From: Candidatus Nomurabacteria bacterium
GTDB taxonomy: Bacteria; Patescibacteriota; Saccharimonadia; JAGOAT01
Direction of reading: 5' to 3'
NCBI GenBank assembly: GCA_020639315.1
Contig: JACKGM010000001.1
Span: 374,767 to 438,766 of the forward strand
Length of the DNA: 64,000 nucleotides
The notes under the pieces were generated by a model. It was not told where the DNA came from and made no database searches. It saw only the letters and a program-made list of their open reading frames with translations. Below, in pieces: positions 50,791 to 59,462 of this stretch. The stretch's first letter is position 1, and each line of letters starts with the position of its first letter. Made by a program: the position numbers and the translations under genes.

Positions 50791-52155
50791 CTAGAGCTTG
50801 AATTGGTTGGCCAGGTAGGCAATCAGTTGATCTAGTTTGACTCTAGTCTGCTCCATACTATCACGATCCCGAACCGTAACCGCCTGGTCCTCAAGCGACT
50901 CAAAGTCAACGGTTACACAAAGGGGTGTGCCGATCTCATCTTGCCTACGATACCTTTTGCCTATACTTTGGGTCTCATCGTATTCAGACATTAGCCCGGC
51001 TTTGGTAATTTCATTAAATAGTTGTTTGGCGAGGTCTATTAATGGTTGCTTTTTGCTGAGGGGGAGAACTGCCACCTTGATTGGGGCAATCACCTTGGCA
51101 AGCTTTAGGACAACCCTAGTCTCGCTATTGACCTCCTCTTCTGTGTAGGCATTGGTCAAGGCGGCCATCATTAGCCTACCGACTCCGACTGAGCTCTCGA
51201 TCACATTGGGGACAAAACGGCTGGAGTCAGTTGGGTCAAAGTAGCTCAGATCTTGGCCACTCTCCTTAATATGGCTACTGAGGTCGAAGTCTGTTCGATT
51301 GTGAGTACCCCAGAGCTCCTTCTTGCCATGAGGGAAATGAAAATAGATATCATGGGCAGCAGCTGCATAGTGGGCTCTCTCGTCATCTCCATGTTCATGC
51401 CAACTCAGACGTTCGGGGTCAATCCCCATCCTGGAAACCAGAAAGTCCCAGGCAAATTCTCGCCATTCTTGGTAGCTGTCAGCTTGAGTGTCGGGATGGA
51501 TGAAGTATTGCATTTCCATCTGTTCGAGCTCACGCACTCGGAAGATAAAATCACGCGGATTAATCTCATTGCGAAAAGCTTTACCGACCTGGGCGATACC
51601 AAATGGTAGCTTGGAGCGAGTAGTTTCTCTGACCAGCTCATAGTTGGTAAAGATTGACCCAGCTGTTTCTGGACGCAGGTAGACAGTACTCTCACGATCT
51701 TCAAGAGGACCTAGGTAGCTCTTCATCATCATATTAAATAATCTCGGCTCAGTTAGGGCATCAGCCTGACAGCTAGGGCAGACTTTACCATTGAGTAAAG
51801 TGGTCAATTGTTCAATATCACTAGAATCAACCTCAGCTAGATGATCAGCACGAAATCTCAGCTTGCAATTCTTGCAATCGACCAAGGGGTCATTGAACCC
51901 TTCGATGTGTCCACTGGCCTTCCAGAGTCGCGGATGTTGGATGATAGCTCCATCGATCCCATAAACATTAATCCTTTCTCGCACCATGGCTTGCCACCAG
52001 AGAGCTTTGATATTGTTGACTAGCTCTACTCCATAGGGACCATAGTCCCAAAATCCACTCAGACCTCCATAAATCTGACTAGATTGAAAGACAAAACCTC
52101 GGCGTTTAGCAAGGTTGGTAATAGTGGCTAGGTCGATGGTAGTGTAGTTGCTCAT
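50791..52155 (-). CDS. glyQS: glycine--tRNA ligase (class II, dimeric GlyQS type)
   Basis: LAKRRGFVFQSSQIYGGLSGFWDYGPYG, FRNEI.PR..IFRVREF.QME and the other class II motifs. Start set at MSNYTT (52155). The 59-codon upstream extension of the ORF overlaps the divergent gene and the promoter. Confidence 0.9.
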   Translation of the reverse strand: MSNYTTIDLATITNLAKRRGFVFQSSQIYGGLSGFWDYGPYGVELVNNIKALWWQAMVRERINVYGIDGAIIQHPRLWKASGHIEGFNDPLVDCKNCKLRFRADHLAEVDSSDIEQLTTLLNGKVCPSCQADALTEPRLFNMMMKSYLGPLEDRESTVYLRPETAGSIFTNYELVRETTRSKLPFGIAQVGKAFRNEINPRDFIFRVRELEQMEMQYFIHPDTQADSYQEWREFAWDFLVSRMGIDPERLSWHEHGDDERAHYAAAAHDIYFHFPHGKKELWGTHNRTDFDLSSHIKESGQDLSYFDPTDSSRFVPNVIESSVGVGRLMMAALTNAYTEEEVNSETRVVLKLAKVIAPIKVAVLPLSKKQPLIDLAKQLFNEITKAGLMSEYDETQSIGKRYRRQDEIGTPLCVTVDFESLEDQAVTVRDRDSMEQTRVKLDQLIAYLANQFKL

Positions 52156-52188
52156 AGAGTAATTATAACATGCTATAATTACTCTATG
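52153..52188. promoter_or_regulatory. palindromic bidirectional extended -10 promoter serving two divergent leaderless genes
   Basis: CATAGAGTAATTATA-acatgc-TATAATTACTCTATG has perfect 15-nt arms. Each strand reads TGnTATAAT-tactct-ATG. Confidence 0.65.
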
Positions 52189-52707
52189 AGCAAAAATAAT
52201 ACTACCAGCCAGGTTTTTCCAGACTATTATCAATTGTTTGGCATAGACCCTGGTTCTAGTAAGGGTCAGATCAAGGATCGGTATAAAGAATTGAAAAGTC
52301 AGTATGGGATTGAAGGTGATAAGTCCGAGCAATCAGTAGAGAAAGTAATCGAAATCAATCAAGGATTTAGAGTATTGGGAAATCAAAAGCTTAGACCACT
52401 TTACGATCAATACTATCAAAAGTATCGAGGATTGTCTGGTAGTGTCAAATATAATGAACAAATTCAGAATTTGACTTATGAGATGAATCTGGCACTCGCT
52501 ACTAAAGCGGTCAAGGAAAAGATTGCTTTAGGCGCTGTATTTTTAGTCATAGGACTGGGAGTATTGATTGGTGGGTATCTCAACGCTTCGAGTAATGATG
52601 GAAACTATATCTTACCTTATGGCTCAATTATTTGGGGTGGTTGGCAGATGATAGCTGGTATTCGTCAGTATCGCAATATAAGGTCGGGCACTAGAGCAAC
52701 TGAATAA
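52186..52707 (+). CDS. J-domain-like membrane protein lacking the HPD motif
   Basis: DYYQLFGIDPGSSKGQIKDRYKELKSQY, followed by GIE where HPD is expected, then ..FRVLGNQKLRPLYDQ. Two C-terminal TM spans. Confidence 0.5.
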   Translation: MSKNNTTSQVFPDYYQLFGIDPGSSKGQIKDRYKELKSQYGIEGDKSEQSVEKVIEINQGFRVLGNQKLRPLYDQYYQKYRGLSGSVKYNEQIQNLTYEMNLALATKAVKEKIALGAVFLVIGLGVLIGGYLNASSNDGNYILPYGSIIWGGWQMIAGIRQYRNIRSGTRATE

Positions 52708-53290
52708 TTAGCTGGTCGAGCCAGTTTTCAAACCTGTGATCAAGGTTAGTTAGAGATTCGGGATTGAGGGTTTGTATTTGATTCAGGGAATCTAGATTGA
52801 CTAGCTCGGATAGTAAGAGTTGGGGTAATTTAGTTTGGTCAAGTCTGGGTAAGCTTCCACTTTGAGCAAGTAACTGTGATTTGAAGAAAATTCTGATCAG
52901 ATCCAGCTCGATTAGGTCAAAATCTCGATAGATAGTACTGAGGCTTTGCCATAGCTCGGCTTGGGGGTAGTTGTGGATAGTATGCTTACCTATAAGTAAT
53001 ACAATCTGGCTGAGGGTCTCAATCTGTTCTAGGTTACGCAAATTGATTGATTGGTTTGAGTCAAGAGCAGTGACAATCGGTATCTTGCCTCTAGCTGTCA
53101 ATTCAATTGACAAAATAAAGTTTGGCTCAAGATAACCTCGCAATTTGGCCTGGGGTCTAAGTACCCCCTTGGCAATGGCAGTCACCTTGCCTTGCTCTTC
53201 TGTAAAAAAGTCGATAAACTGATCGGCTTCTTTGAAGCTAGATTTTCTCAGCACTATCCCAGTCAGTTTGACGATATTGGAATCAGGCAT
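52691..53290 (-). CDS. recO: DNA repair protein RecO (short form)
   Basis: N-terminal OB-fold pattern GIVLRKSSFKEADQFIDFFTEEQGKVTAIAKGV. 199 aa. Confidence 0.6.
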   Translation of the reverse strand: MPDSNIVKLTGIVLRKSSFKEADQFIDFFTEEQGKVTAIAKGVLRPQAKLRGYLEPNFILSIELTARGKIPIVTALDSNQSINLRNLEQIETLSQIVLLIGKHTIHNYPQAELWQSLSTIYRDFDLIELDLIRIFFKSQLLAQSGSLPRLDQTKLPQLLLSELVNLDSLNQIQTLNPESLTNLDHRFENWLDQLIIQLL

Positions 53291-53613
53291 TAAGCTTGCT
53301 TTCTAATAAAATCAGATTTTTTGATAACCTCTACTTGGAGTAGTTGGGTTAAGCGAAGGCTTAGATCATCTAGGGGTTGGTTGGTTAGTAAAAGCTTGCT
53401 TGCGACCCGGATCTCTCGCTGGGACAAATCAATCAAGACAGAGATTGCATTATTTGGGCCCTTGCCCAGCTCTAGGATTAATTGATCAATAGGACTGGAT
53501 CTCAAGAAGTCAATTAGCCTAGTTTGATCGTCAAAGGTTGTCATATCTGGGAATTTACTTTTAAAGGCCTTGATTGATTCCGGATTTTCACTGTAGAATA
53601 CTTGCTTAATCAT
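53290..53613 (-). CDS. hypothetical protein, possibly a degenerate receiver-like domain
   Basis: 107 aa. The pattern ..IDQLILELGKGPNNAISVL.. resembles the REC beta3 region, but with Glu where the phospho-acceptor Asp is expected. The assignment is weak. Confidence 0.3.
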   Translation of the reverse strand: MIKQVFYSENPESIKAFKSKFPDMTTFDDQTRLIDFLRSSPIDQLILELGKGPNNAISVLIDLSQREIRVASKLLLTNQPLDDLSLRLTQLLQVEVIKKSDFIRKQA

Positions 53614-54298
53614 TACTTTTGACTAATTTAGCTTGAGTCTGAGTGGGTAATTTGATATTGAGATAATTTTTGTGATCAAATCTTGTCAGTCGGATTTGGC
53701 CGCCATTGAGCCTGATGATCTCCAGAGCTAAAGCCAGCTCAAAGTCGAGTCTGAAATAATGGGGACTAGACAAAACCCTTCTAGTAGTCTTAGTATAAGG
53801 ATTACCTTGGTCAATCAATCTGATTAGAATATGATTTGACTTTTTTGAGCTATCAATTGTGATTCTCTTGTCTGAAGCATTATCGATCACCCTTTTGGCT
53901 ATGGTCAGTAGAGCCTGATAAAGCTTGAGGTAATTTCCGGCAATACTTGGCAAGGCCTGTTTCCTCTGATACTGCACTTTGCCAAATTGCCCGAGGTCAC
54001 TGATTAGTTGGTCAATCAGAAGTCTAGTCTGAATCGCATTGTTGATTAGCTTGTAATTTTCATCAAGCCCGCTTAGGGAAAGGATGATATCAAAGGTTCG
54101 ATCGAGCTTAGTGGTCAGGTTGGTAATATCAGATACCAATTCAGTCTGATTGGGGTCGAGCTTGGTCTTAGCTAGTTCTGAGAGGTAAATCTGAGAGTTG
54201 GTAATGGGGTCTTTGATTTGCTGGACTAGGCTGGCTAAAGTCTTAAAATCCTCACTAGGTAGTAACATTCTCAATAATCTGATTAAACTGATCTTCAA
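53606..54298 (-). CDS. histidine-kinase-like protein with a degenerate H-box and ATP-binding motifs
   Basis: A DHp-like helix pair (..KDPITNSQIYLSELAK...LDRTFDIILSLSGL) without the conserved His, then an N-box-like VIDNASDK and G-box remnants (IDQGNPY, ..NGGQIRL). Confidence 0.35.
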   Translation of the reverse strand: MKISLIRLLRMLLPSEDFKTLASLVQQIKDPITNSQIYLSELAKTKLDPNQTELVSDITNLTTKLDRTFDIILSLSGLDENYKLINNAIQTRLLIDQLISDLGQFGKVQYQRKQALPSIAGNYLKLYQALLTIAKRVIDNASDKRITIDSSKKSNHILIRLIDQGNPYTKTTRRVLSSPHYFRLDFELALALEIIRLNGGQIRLTRFDHKNYLNIKLPTQTQAKLVKSND

Positions 54299-54959
54299 AT
54301 AATTGTAGGCTGTCAGTTCTAATCAGTAAGGTTTTGTCTTGGATTGGGATTAGGACATAGGCCCCTTGACTTTCAATGTCTTTGAAATACTCAGAACGAT
54401 AATAGGCTTCCTTGCCTGCCACTTTTATCAGATATCCTTGCTTGCCTTTGTCTAGCTTGGAGTCTTGATCAAGAGCTTTGGCTTTTTCCTGGGAGTAGGG
54501 AGATTCGATTAGCTCAATACGCAGAGCAAACCGATCGGTATTAAGATCTACTTTGTCTGGGTGGGCGATAATCGACACAGGGTTGCTGGTATTGTTATTA
54601 TAGACTGTACTATAGTTTTTGGGATAGCTGATCTTAAAACCCCCGTAGATATCTGGTGCTTGATAGACAGTGTATGGAGTAGCAAGCTGTTCTTTGAAGG
54701 CGACTCGATCAATATCTCTTTGGTTAATAATCCCAGTATTGTAGGCTTCCTGATAGACCTTGTCTCGTTCAAAATGATTGCGAACTAGCAAGAAGATTAG
54801 GATTATTACCAGGACAAGAAGCACAGTACTGACTATCATCGCAGCCAAGGCAGTGGTCTTGTGCTTGGCTAGGACAGTGCTAGTGCTAGCTTGTTGATCA
54901 TCCAGCTCACTAGCTTCAAAATCAAGGTCAGGATTGGTTTGGGGGTCTATCTTATTCAT
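54255..54959 (-). CDS. single-pass membrane protein (hypothetical)
   Basis: Acidic N-terminus, TM span (ALAAMIVSTVLLVLVIILIFLLV), and a ~150-aa ectodomain. Confidence 0.45.
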   Translation of the reverse strand: MNKIDPQTNPDLDFEASELDDQQASTSTVLAKHKTTALAAMIVSTVLLVLVIILIFLLVRNHFERDKVYQEAYNTGIINQRDIDRVAFKEQLATPYTVYQAPDIYGGFKISYPKNYSTVYNNNTSNPVSIIAHPDKVDLNTDRFALRIELIESPYSQEKAKALDQDSKLDKGKQGYLIKVAGKEAYYRSEYFKDIESQGAYVLIPIQDKTLLIRTDSLQLFEDQFNQIIENVTT

Positions 54960-56127
54960 CTTCTAGCCTTTTTGCTAATCCAGCTTGGTTAAGCCTTTTA
55001 TAATACAAGTCAAGAGTTTGTCTAGCCACAGTATCAGTCGAGTATCTCTTGACCAGCTCTAGCTGATCATTAATCGCTTTTTGATACTGTTTTGAGGTAA
55101 GTGTGGCATAGTGCCTGATTAGTTTAGCTAGATTGGGGTAGTCATAGGGGTCGAAGACCTGGGCAGTGAGATTGTCCATCACGCTAGCATAGCCCGGATT
55201 GTCTCCAGCTAGGACAATCGGTCTAGCTGTTGCCATTGCTTCTGTCAGCACTATGCCAAAGCTTTCACCGCCAGTCGCAGGATAGACAGCCAGATCAATC
55301 GACTTGAGAAACTGGATCTTGGCTTTTTCGTGAAGATGCCCGTGCCAGGTCGCAATTTTGTCTAGTCCTAGCTCCTTTGCTAGGGCAAGAAGTTTCTCCT
55401 TGTCCTTGCCGTCACCGGCAATCTCGAGACGGAAATCAAATCCTTGATCGAGTAGGATTTTGCTTGCCTGAAGTAAATGCTCCAAACCTTTACGCTTGAC
55501 TAGCCTGCCCAAAAAGCCGATTCGAATTGGCTTCTGGGGCCAGGGAAGAGGTTGTCGTGACTTCTTAAAATATTTAGAGAAATCTACTGGATTTGGAATT
55601 ACTACACTATCCAGGCCAAGGTATCTTTTGGCAAAGCCTTGGGCAGGCTTGGAGACAGCAATCACTTGAGTCAAGTGTCTTTGGGAACGGCGGTTGAGTA
55701 GCCCAATCACATAAGAGCCGATCACACTAGTCAGTCCCGAGGGGACAATATGGACTGTGCCAAAGGCCAGAGTATCGTCTGGACAAAGGTTGAGAACGCG
55801 ACCAGCCAAAAGCGGACTATAGGGCATCTGGATATGGATGATATCGTATTGATTTTTGCGCAGAATCTCTTCGATCAGACCCCTAGGGGCGGGCATCGGC
55901 ATCTTGAGAGTATTCTGATTGAAATTGACTTGGATATTATCGGCTAAACTGTAGACTGTCCCTAGCTTAGAAGTCTTACTTTTACTGACTAGAAAGTCTA
56001 CAGAATGACCTTTGGTATTGTAGTATTTGGCGAGGGATTTGATGTGTTGCTGGATGCCGTCATCACGATCAAGGCTATCGTCGAAGACGAAGGCAATTTT
56101 GAGCTTAGGTTTTGAGGATTTTTTCAT
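54952..56127 (-). CDS. glycosyltransferase family 4
   Basis: GGESFGIVLTEAMA (EX7E region), GT-B size. Confidence 0.8.
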   Translation of the reverse strand: MKKSSKPKLKIAFVFDDSLDRDDGIQQHIKSLAKYYNTKGHSVDFLVSKSKTSKLGTVYSLADNIQVNFNQNTLKMPMPAPRGLIEEILRKNQYDIIHIQMPYSPLLAGRVLNLCPDDTLAFGTVHIVPSGLTSVIGSYVIGLLNRRSQRHLTQVIAVSKPAQGFAKRYLGLDSVVIPNPVDFSKYFKKSRQPLPWPQKPIRIGFLGRLVKRKGLEHLLQASKILLDQGFDFRLEIAGDGKDKEKLLALAKELGLDKIATWHGHLHEKAKIQFLKSIDLAVYPATGGESFGIVLTEAMATARPIVLAGDNPGYASVMDNLTAQVFDPYDYPNLAKLIRHYATLTSKQYQKAINDQLELVKRYSTDTVARQTLDLYYKRLNQAGLAKRLEDE

Positions 56128-57232
56128 ACAAATTTAAGTAACTATTGATTATTATATCAAAATCATACTTCAAAATCTCTAGCCTTGACCAGTCAGTAAA
56201 AACCTGTGATATTTCAGGGTTGTTGATAAACAAGGCAAGTCTTCTCGCAAATTCCTCAGGGTTTTTTGGGTTGATCAGTCCTAGCTCGCCAACCCCAGTC
56301 AAGACAGAACTATATCCAGGATTGTTACCAGCGACGATTGGTCTATTGCAAGCCATTGCTTCAAGCAAAACAATACCGAAGCTCTCACCATAGATCGCGG
56401 GTGAGCAAAATACATCTGCTGACTTGAGCCAAGTACGCTTATCTTGATCACTAATCTGACCCAGCCATTTAACCTTGTGCGTTAACTGGTAGCGTTCAGT
56501 ATAGTTGACAAGGCTTTTAAATTTTGGTCCAGTTCCTGCCAGCACCAATTCTGCATCAATCCCCATTTCTTGAGTTAAAACTCGAAAGGCCTTGAGTAAA
56601 TAATCCAGCCCTTTGCGTTTTTCGAGCCGTCCGACATAAAAGATTGTTGGTCTTGGCAGACGAAAATTCTTGGTCGGTTGCTTGTAGATATTGACATTGA
56701 TAGCATTGGGAATTATGTGAAACTTTTTATCTGTTAGGTTGCTCAGGTACTCAGCAGCTACCTCACTAACTGCTGTAAAATAGTCAAAGTCTCCAAGAAT
56801 AGAGCGAGCATAGGGTGTTATAGCCTTTTCGATTGGTCTAGAAATGAAATTGTCTGGTAGTTTTGCATGGAAGGTAGCTAAAGTTTTTTGATCTTTTGGT
56901 AAGAGATCAATGATTTGTTTGGAAAGTCTGGGGATCCAGGGCTCGTGAAAATGCCAGAGGTCAAACTGATGGTTGTTTAGTAGAGAGGTTATTTCAGATT
57001 TGTCAGTTGAGAAAGTCCATTCAGTACTAGTAGCAAAAGGGGTTCTAATCTTGCTAGCTCGACCAAGCATCTTGACTCTAGGGTCAGGGGTATAGTGTTT
57101 TTGCAAGGTAGTGGGGGCAACGATACTGATATCATGGCCACGGGATTCTAACTGGCTTGCTAGATCTCTGATGCATTCTTGGACTCCACCAGGTCGATAA
57201 AAGTCATAGGGGCAGACTAGAGCAATATTCAT
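56105..57232 (-). CDS. glycosyltransferase family 4
   Basis: YGESFGIVLLEAMA. The N-terminus MNIALVCPYDFYRPGGVQ is typical of PimA/MshA-like GT4 enzymes. Confidence 0.8.
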   Translation of the reverse strand: MNIALVCPYDFYRPGGVQECIRDLASQLESRGHDISIVAPTTLQKHYTPDPRVKMLGRASKIRTPFATSTEWTFSTDKSEITSLLNNHQFDLWHFHEPWIPRLSKQIIDLLPKDQKTLATFHAKLPDNFISRPIEKAITPYARSILGDFDYFTAVSEVAAEYLSNLTDKKFHIIPNAINVNIYKQPTKNFRLPRPTIFYVGRLEKRKGLDYLLKAFRVLTQEMGIDAELVLAGTGPKFKSLVNYTERYQLTHKVKWLGQISDQDKRTWLKSADVFCSPAIYGESFGIVLLEAMACNRPIVAGNNPGYSSVLTGVGELGLINPKNPEEFARRLALFINNPEISQVFTDWSRLEILKYDFDIIINSYLNLYEKILKT

Positions 57233-58119
57233 TCTGCTATTATATCAATAATTTCTTTACTTAGGGTTGATTTTATTTCTTGCTTGGTTGCAATCAGGCT
57301 CGGGGCATGGTTGGAAATCTTTAGTTGCTTGGTCTGATAGTCTTGATAGTATTGGTTAAATACCTGGTTGGCTTTATCCCAGTCTATGTACTGATCACTA
57401 GTAGTAATCATATTGATAAATTCTAAATCAATCTTTGATCCAGCAGGAGTTGAAAACGGTTGAGTCAGTAATTGGTAGCCAATAGTGCTATGAGTCTTGA
57501 TGTCTTGTTGCCAGAGCTGGTATTCGAGCTCAATCAATTCATCTGGGTTGTTGGAGTCACTGTATTTCTTAATACCAAATTTGTAGAGGTATTTGATTCG
57601 GGGAGAGGAGACAGCCTTTTTAGCTAGATGGATCAAAGGCCAATAGCGAAATATTAGTAAGGATTTGAAGAATAACAATTCTGGGTTTTTGAGGCCGAAG
57701 GGGCGGAAACTGTCTGATCCTAGTGGGCAACCTAACCCAAGGATTTTGTCAAGCTTATTTTCTAGCTCTGGACTGATCAGTAGGGCAGAGGTGATTAGCT
57801 GACCACCAAGCGAGATTGCTAGGACAAAGAGATTATTGGCTTCAAGTCTAGAAAGTAGCTTGGCAAGGTAGCTAGCAAGATTATCCAGGCTAATATCTTG
57901 GCCGATTGAGCTTAAGGGGGCGGTTTCGCCCATCCCCGGTAAATCAAAACTGATTACTTGTCCATAATCTTGTAAAAATTCAATCACACCACGCATCCGG
58001 GTTTGGTTGGAGTGCATACCTTGGATTAGGATGAAGGTTTTATCAGAATCTGGATTGCTTGGGGGGTGAAAATAGATGGTTTGTTTGATGCCATCAATAT
58101 CATATTGTTTACTAGACAT
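57229..58119 (-). CDS. alpha/beta-fold hydrolase
   Basis: FILIQGMHSN, the nucleophile elbow AISLGG, and a C-terminal His region. TGgTAAAAT lies 6 nt before the ATG (58117-58134 on the + strand). Confidence 0.65.
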   Translation of the reverse strand: MSSKQYDIDGIKQTIYFHPPSNPDSDKTFILIQGMHSNQTRMRGVIEFLQDYGQVISFDLPGMGETAPLSSIGQDISLDNLASYLAKLLSRLEANNLFVLAISLGGQLITSALLISPELENKLDKILGLGCPLGSDSFRPFGLKNPELLFFKSLLIFRYWPLIHLAKKAVSSPRIKYLYKFGIKKYSDSNNPDELIELEYQLWQQDIKTHSTIGYQLLTQPFSTPAGSKIDLEFINMITTSDQYIDWDKANQVFNQYYQDYQTKQLKISNHAPSLIATKQEIKSTLSKEIIDIIAE

Positions 58120-58148
58120 AGGGCTATTTTACCATTATTGTATTAAGT

Positions 58149-58724
58149 ATGAATTTAAAACAATTTTTTCAGGGTAGGGTTACAGGGGTAGTATTGAGTG
58201 TATCTGGGGGGCTTGGGATACTAGCAGCAATGCAGTTGGCTCTCGATCAATTGCATTTGCTTGAAGACCCAGGCTTTGTCCCGGTCTGTTCAATCAATCA
58301 GACTGTTAGTTGTACACCCGTGATCGAATCTTGGCAGTCCTCAGTCTTTGGCTTTCCAAACTCATACTTGGGGCTAGTTAGTTTTGCGATGATACTAGCA
58401 GTCGGGGTGGCCTTGATCGGCAAAGTCAAATTCCCTAGATGGTATATGCTGATATTTAATCTAGGTACTCTTGGTGGATTCATCATGGTTCACTGGTTGG
58501 CTGGGAGTGTGATGTTTGACATTGGCAAGCTCTGCTTGTGGTGCGTACTAGTTTGGATTTGTACTGGCGCTAGCTTTGTCTATACTTTGGCTTACAATTT
58601 TGCCGAGGATAATCTAAGGCTCGGTAGTCAAAAGTTTCGAGACGCCTTTGTCGAGAATCAACTTTCAATTCTTCTAGCCTGGTATTTATTGATGGCCGGG
58701 CTGATAGCCTGGAAGCTGTTCTAG
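58149..58724 (+). CDS. vitamin K epoxide reductase (VKOR) family protein
   Basis: Loop cysteines CSINQTVSC, the active-site CLWC (CxxC) in a TM helix, and 4-5 TM spans. Confidence 0.75.
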   Translation: MNLKQFFQGRVTGVVLSVSGGLGILAAMQLALDQLHLLEDPGFVPVCSINQTVSCTPVIESWQSSVFGFPNSYLGLVSFAMILAVGVALIGKVKFPRWYMLIFNLGTLGGFIMVHWLAGSVMFDIGKLCLWCVLVWICTGASFVYTLAYNFAEDNLRLGSQKFRDAFVENQLSILLAWYLLMAGLIAWKLF

Positions 58725-58739
58725 ATTGGATTTGTTACC

Positions 58740-58906
58740 TATAGCCCCCGAAAAACAAAACCTGTACTTTTGACTGTATCTTATAGTCTATAACTGCCAC
58801 TATTGCTCCTCACCATATCTACGGATATGATTTGTCACAATAGCGACAATTCTAGATCGATAATCTATCACCCAAAACAAACAGGTTTTGTTTTACTGGG
58901 GCTATA
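58740..58906 (+). mobile_element. MITE-B (167 bp, about 26-bp imperfect terminal inverted repeats)
   Basis: TATAGCCCCCGAAAAACAAAACCTGT ... ACAGGTTTTGTTTTACTGGGGCTATA, matching at 23 of 26 positions. Internal palindromes include CATATC-tacg-GATATG. The right ~119 bp recur at 60539-60657. Confidence 0.8.
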
Positions 58907-58971
58907 TAGCCCTAACACTTTGTCTTGCTATAAGTCAGGGTGTTGGGTCTATGGATAATTGGTTAGGTAAC

Positions 58972-59435
58972 CCAGTTACTTTTAATATTTATTGTTAGTT
59001 TTCTGGATACCCAGAGCAAGCTCTGAGTATGACGGATGCAAATACGGGATACTGGATCCCCCGTAAGTTCTCCGAACTTCGGAGGATGACAAGACAAGGG
59101 ACGGGTTTCGGAGGATGACAATAACCCTGTTGCCATATAAACTTGCGAGGTCAAAGCTGATGATTTTTATTCCAGAATACCAAAACACGACAAAGCATAA
59201 CAGGAGTTACGCTGCGAAGTGTTTTGCTAGTCTGGGGCAAAAATGGCAGTTTTGAAGCCGTGAGGTTATATGGTAACAGGGTTAATGCCCTCCTCCTGTC
59301 ATCTTCCAAATTTCCGCCCACTTCGCGTCATCTTCCAAATTTCTGTAGGAAATTATGGGAGATCCACCCTCTCCTCTGTCATCTTCGGATTACCCGAAGG
59401 GTAATACCGGAGATCCAGTATTTGAATTAGACTCA
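58972..59435. repeat. REP/BIME-like hairpin-repeat cluster 7 (interrupted by MITE-A copy 3)
   Basis: Units at 59005-59035 and 59050-59089, half units up to 59120, then units at 59298-59435. Confidence 0.9.
59123..59283 (-). mobile_element. MITE-A copy 3 (161 bp, inverted relative to copies 1 and 2)
   Basis: Same sequence in reverse orientation, with one mismatch in one terminal repeat (GGTAAC). Flanked by AAT (59120-59122) and AAT (59284-59286). Confidence 0.85.
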
Positions 59436-59462
59436 GGAAATGCAGGAATACTAGAAATTAGG

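Noticed and set aside
52156-52332. The longer 513-aa form of GlyRS starting at 52332.
   Set aside because: The extra 59 codons are hydrophobic and low in information, and they overlap the divergent J-domain-like gene and the palindromic promoter. GlyRS homology starts at MSNYTTIDLATITNLAKRRGF (52155).
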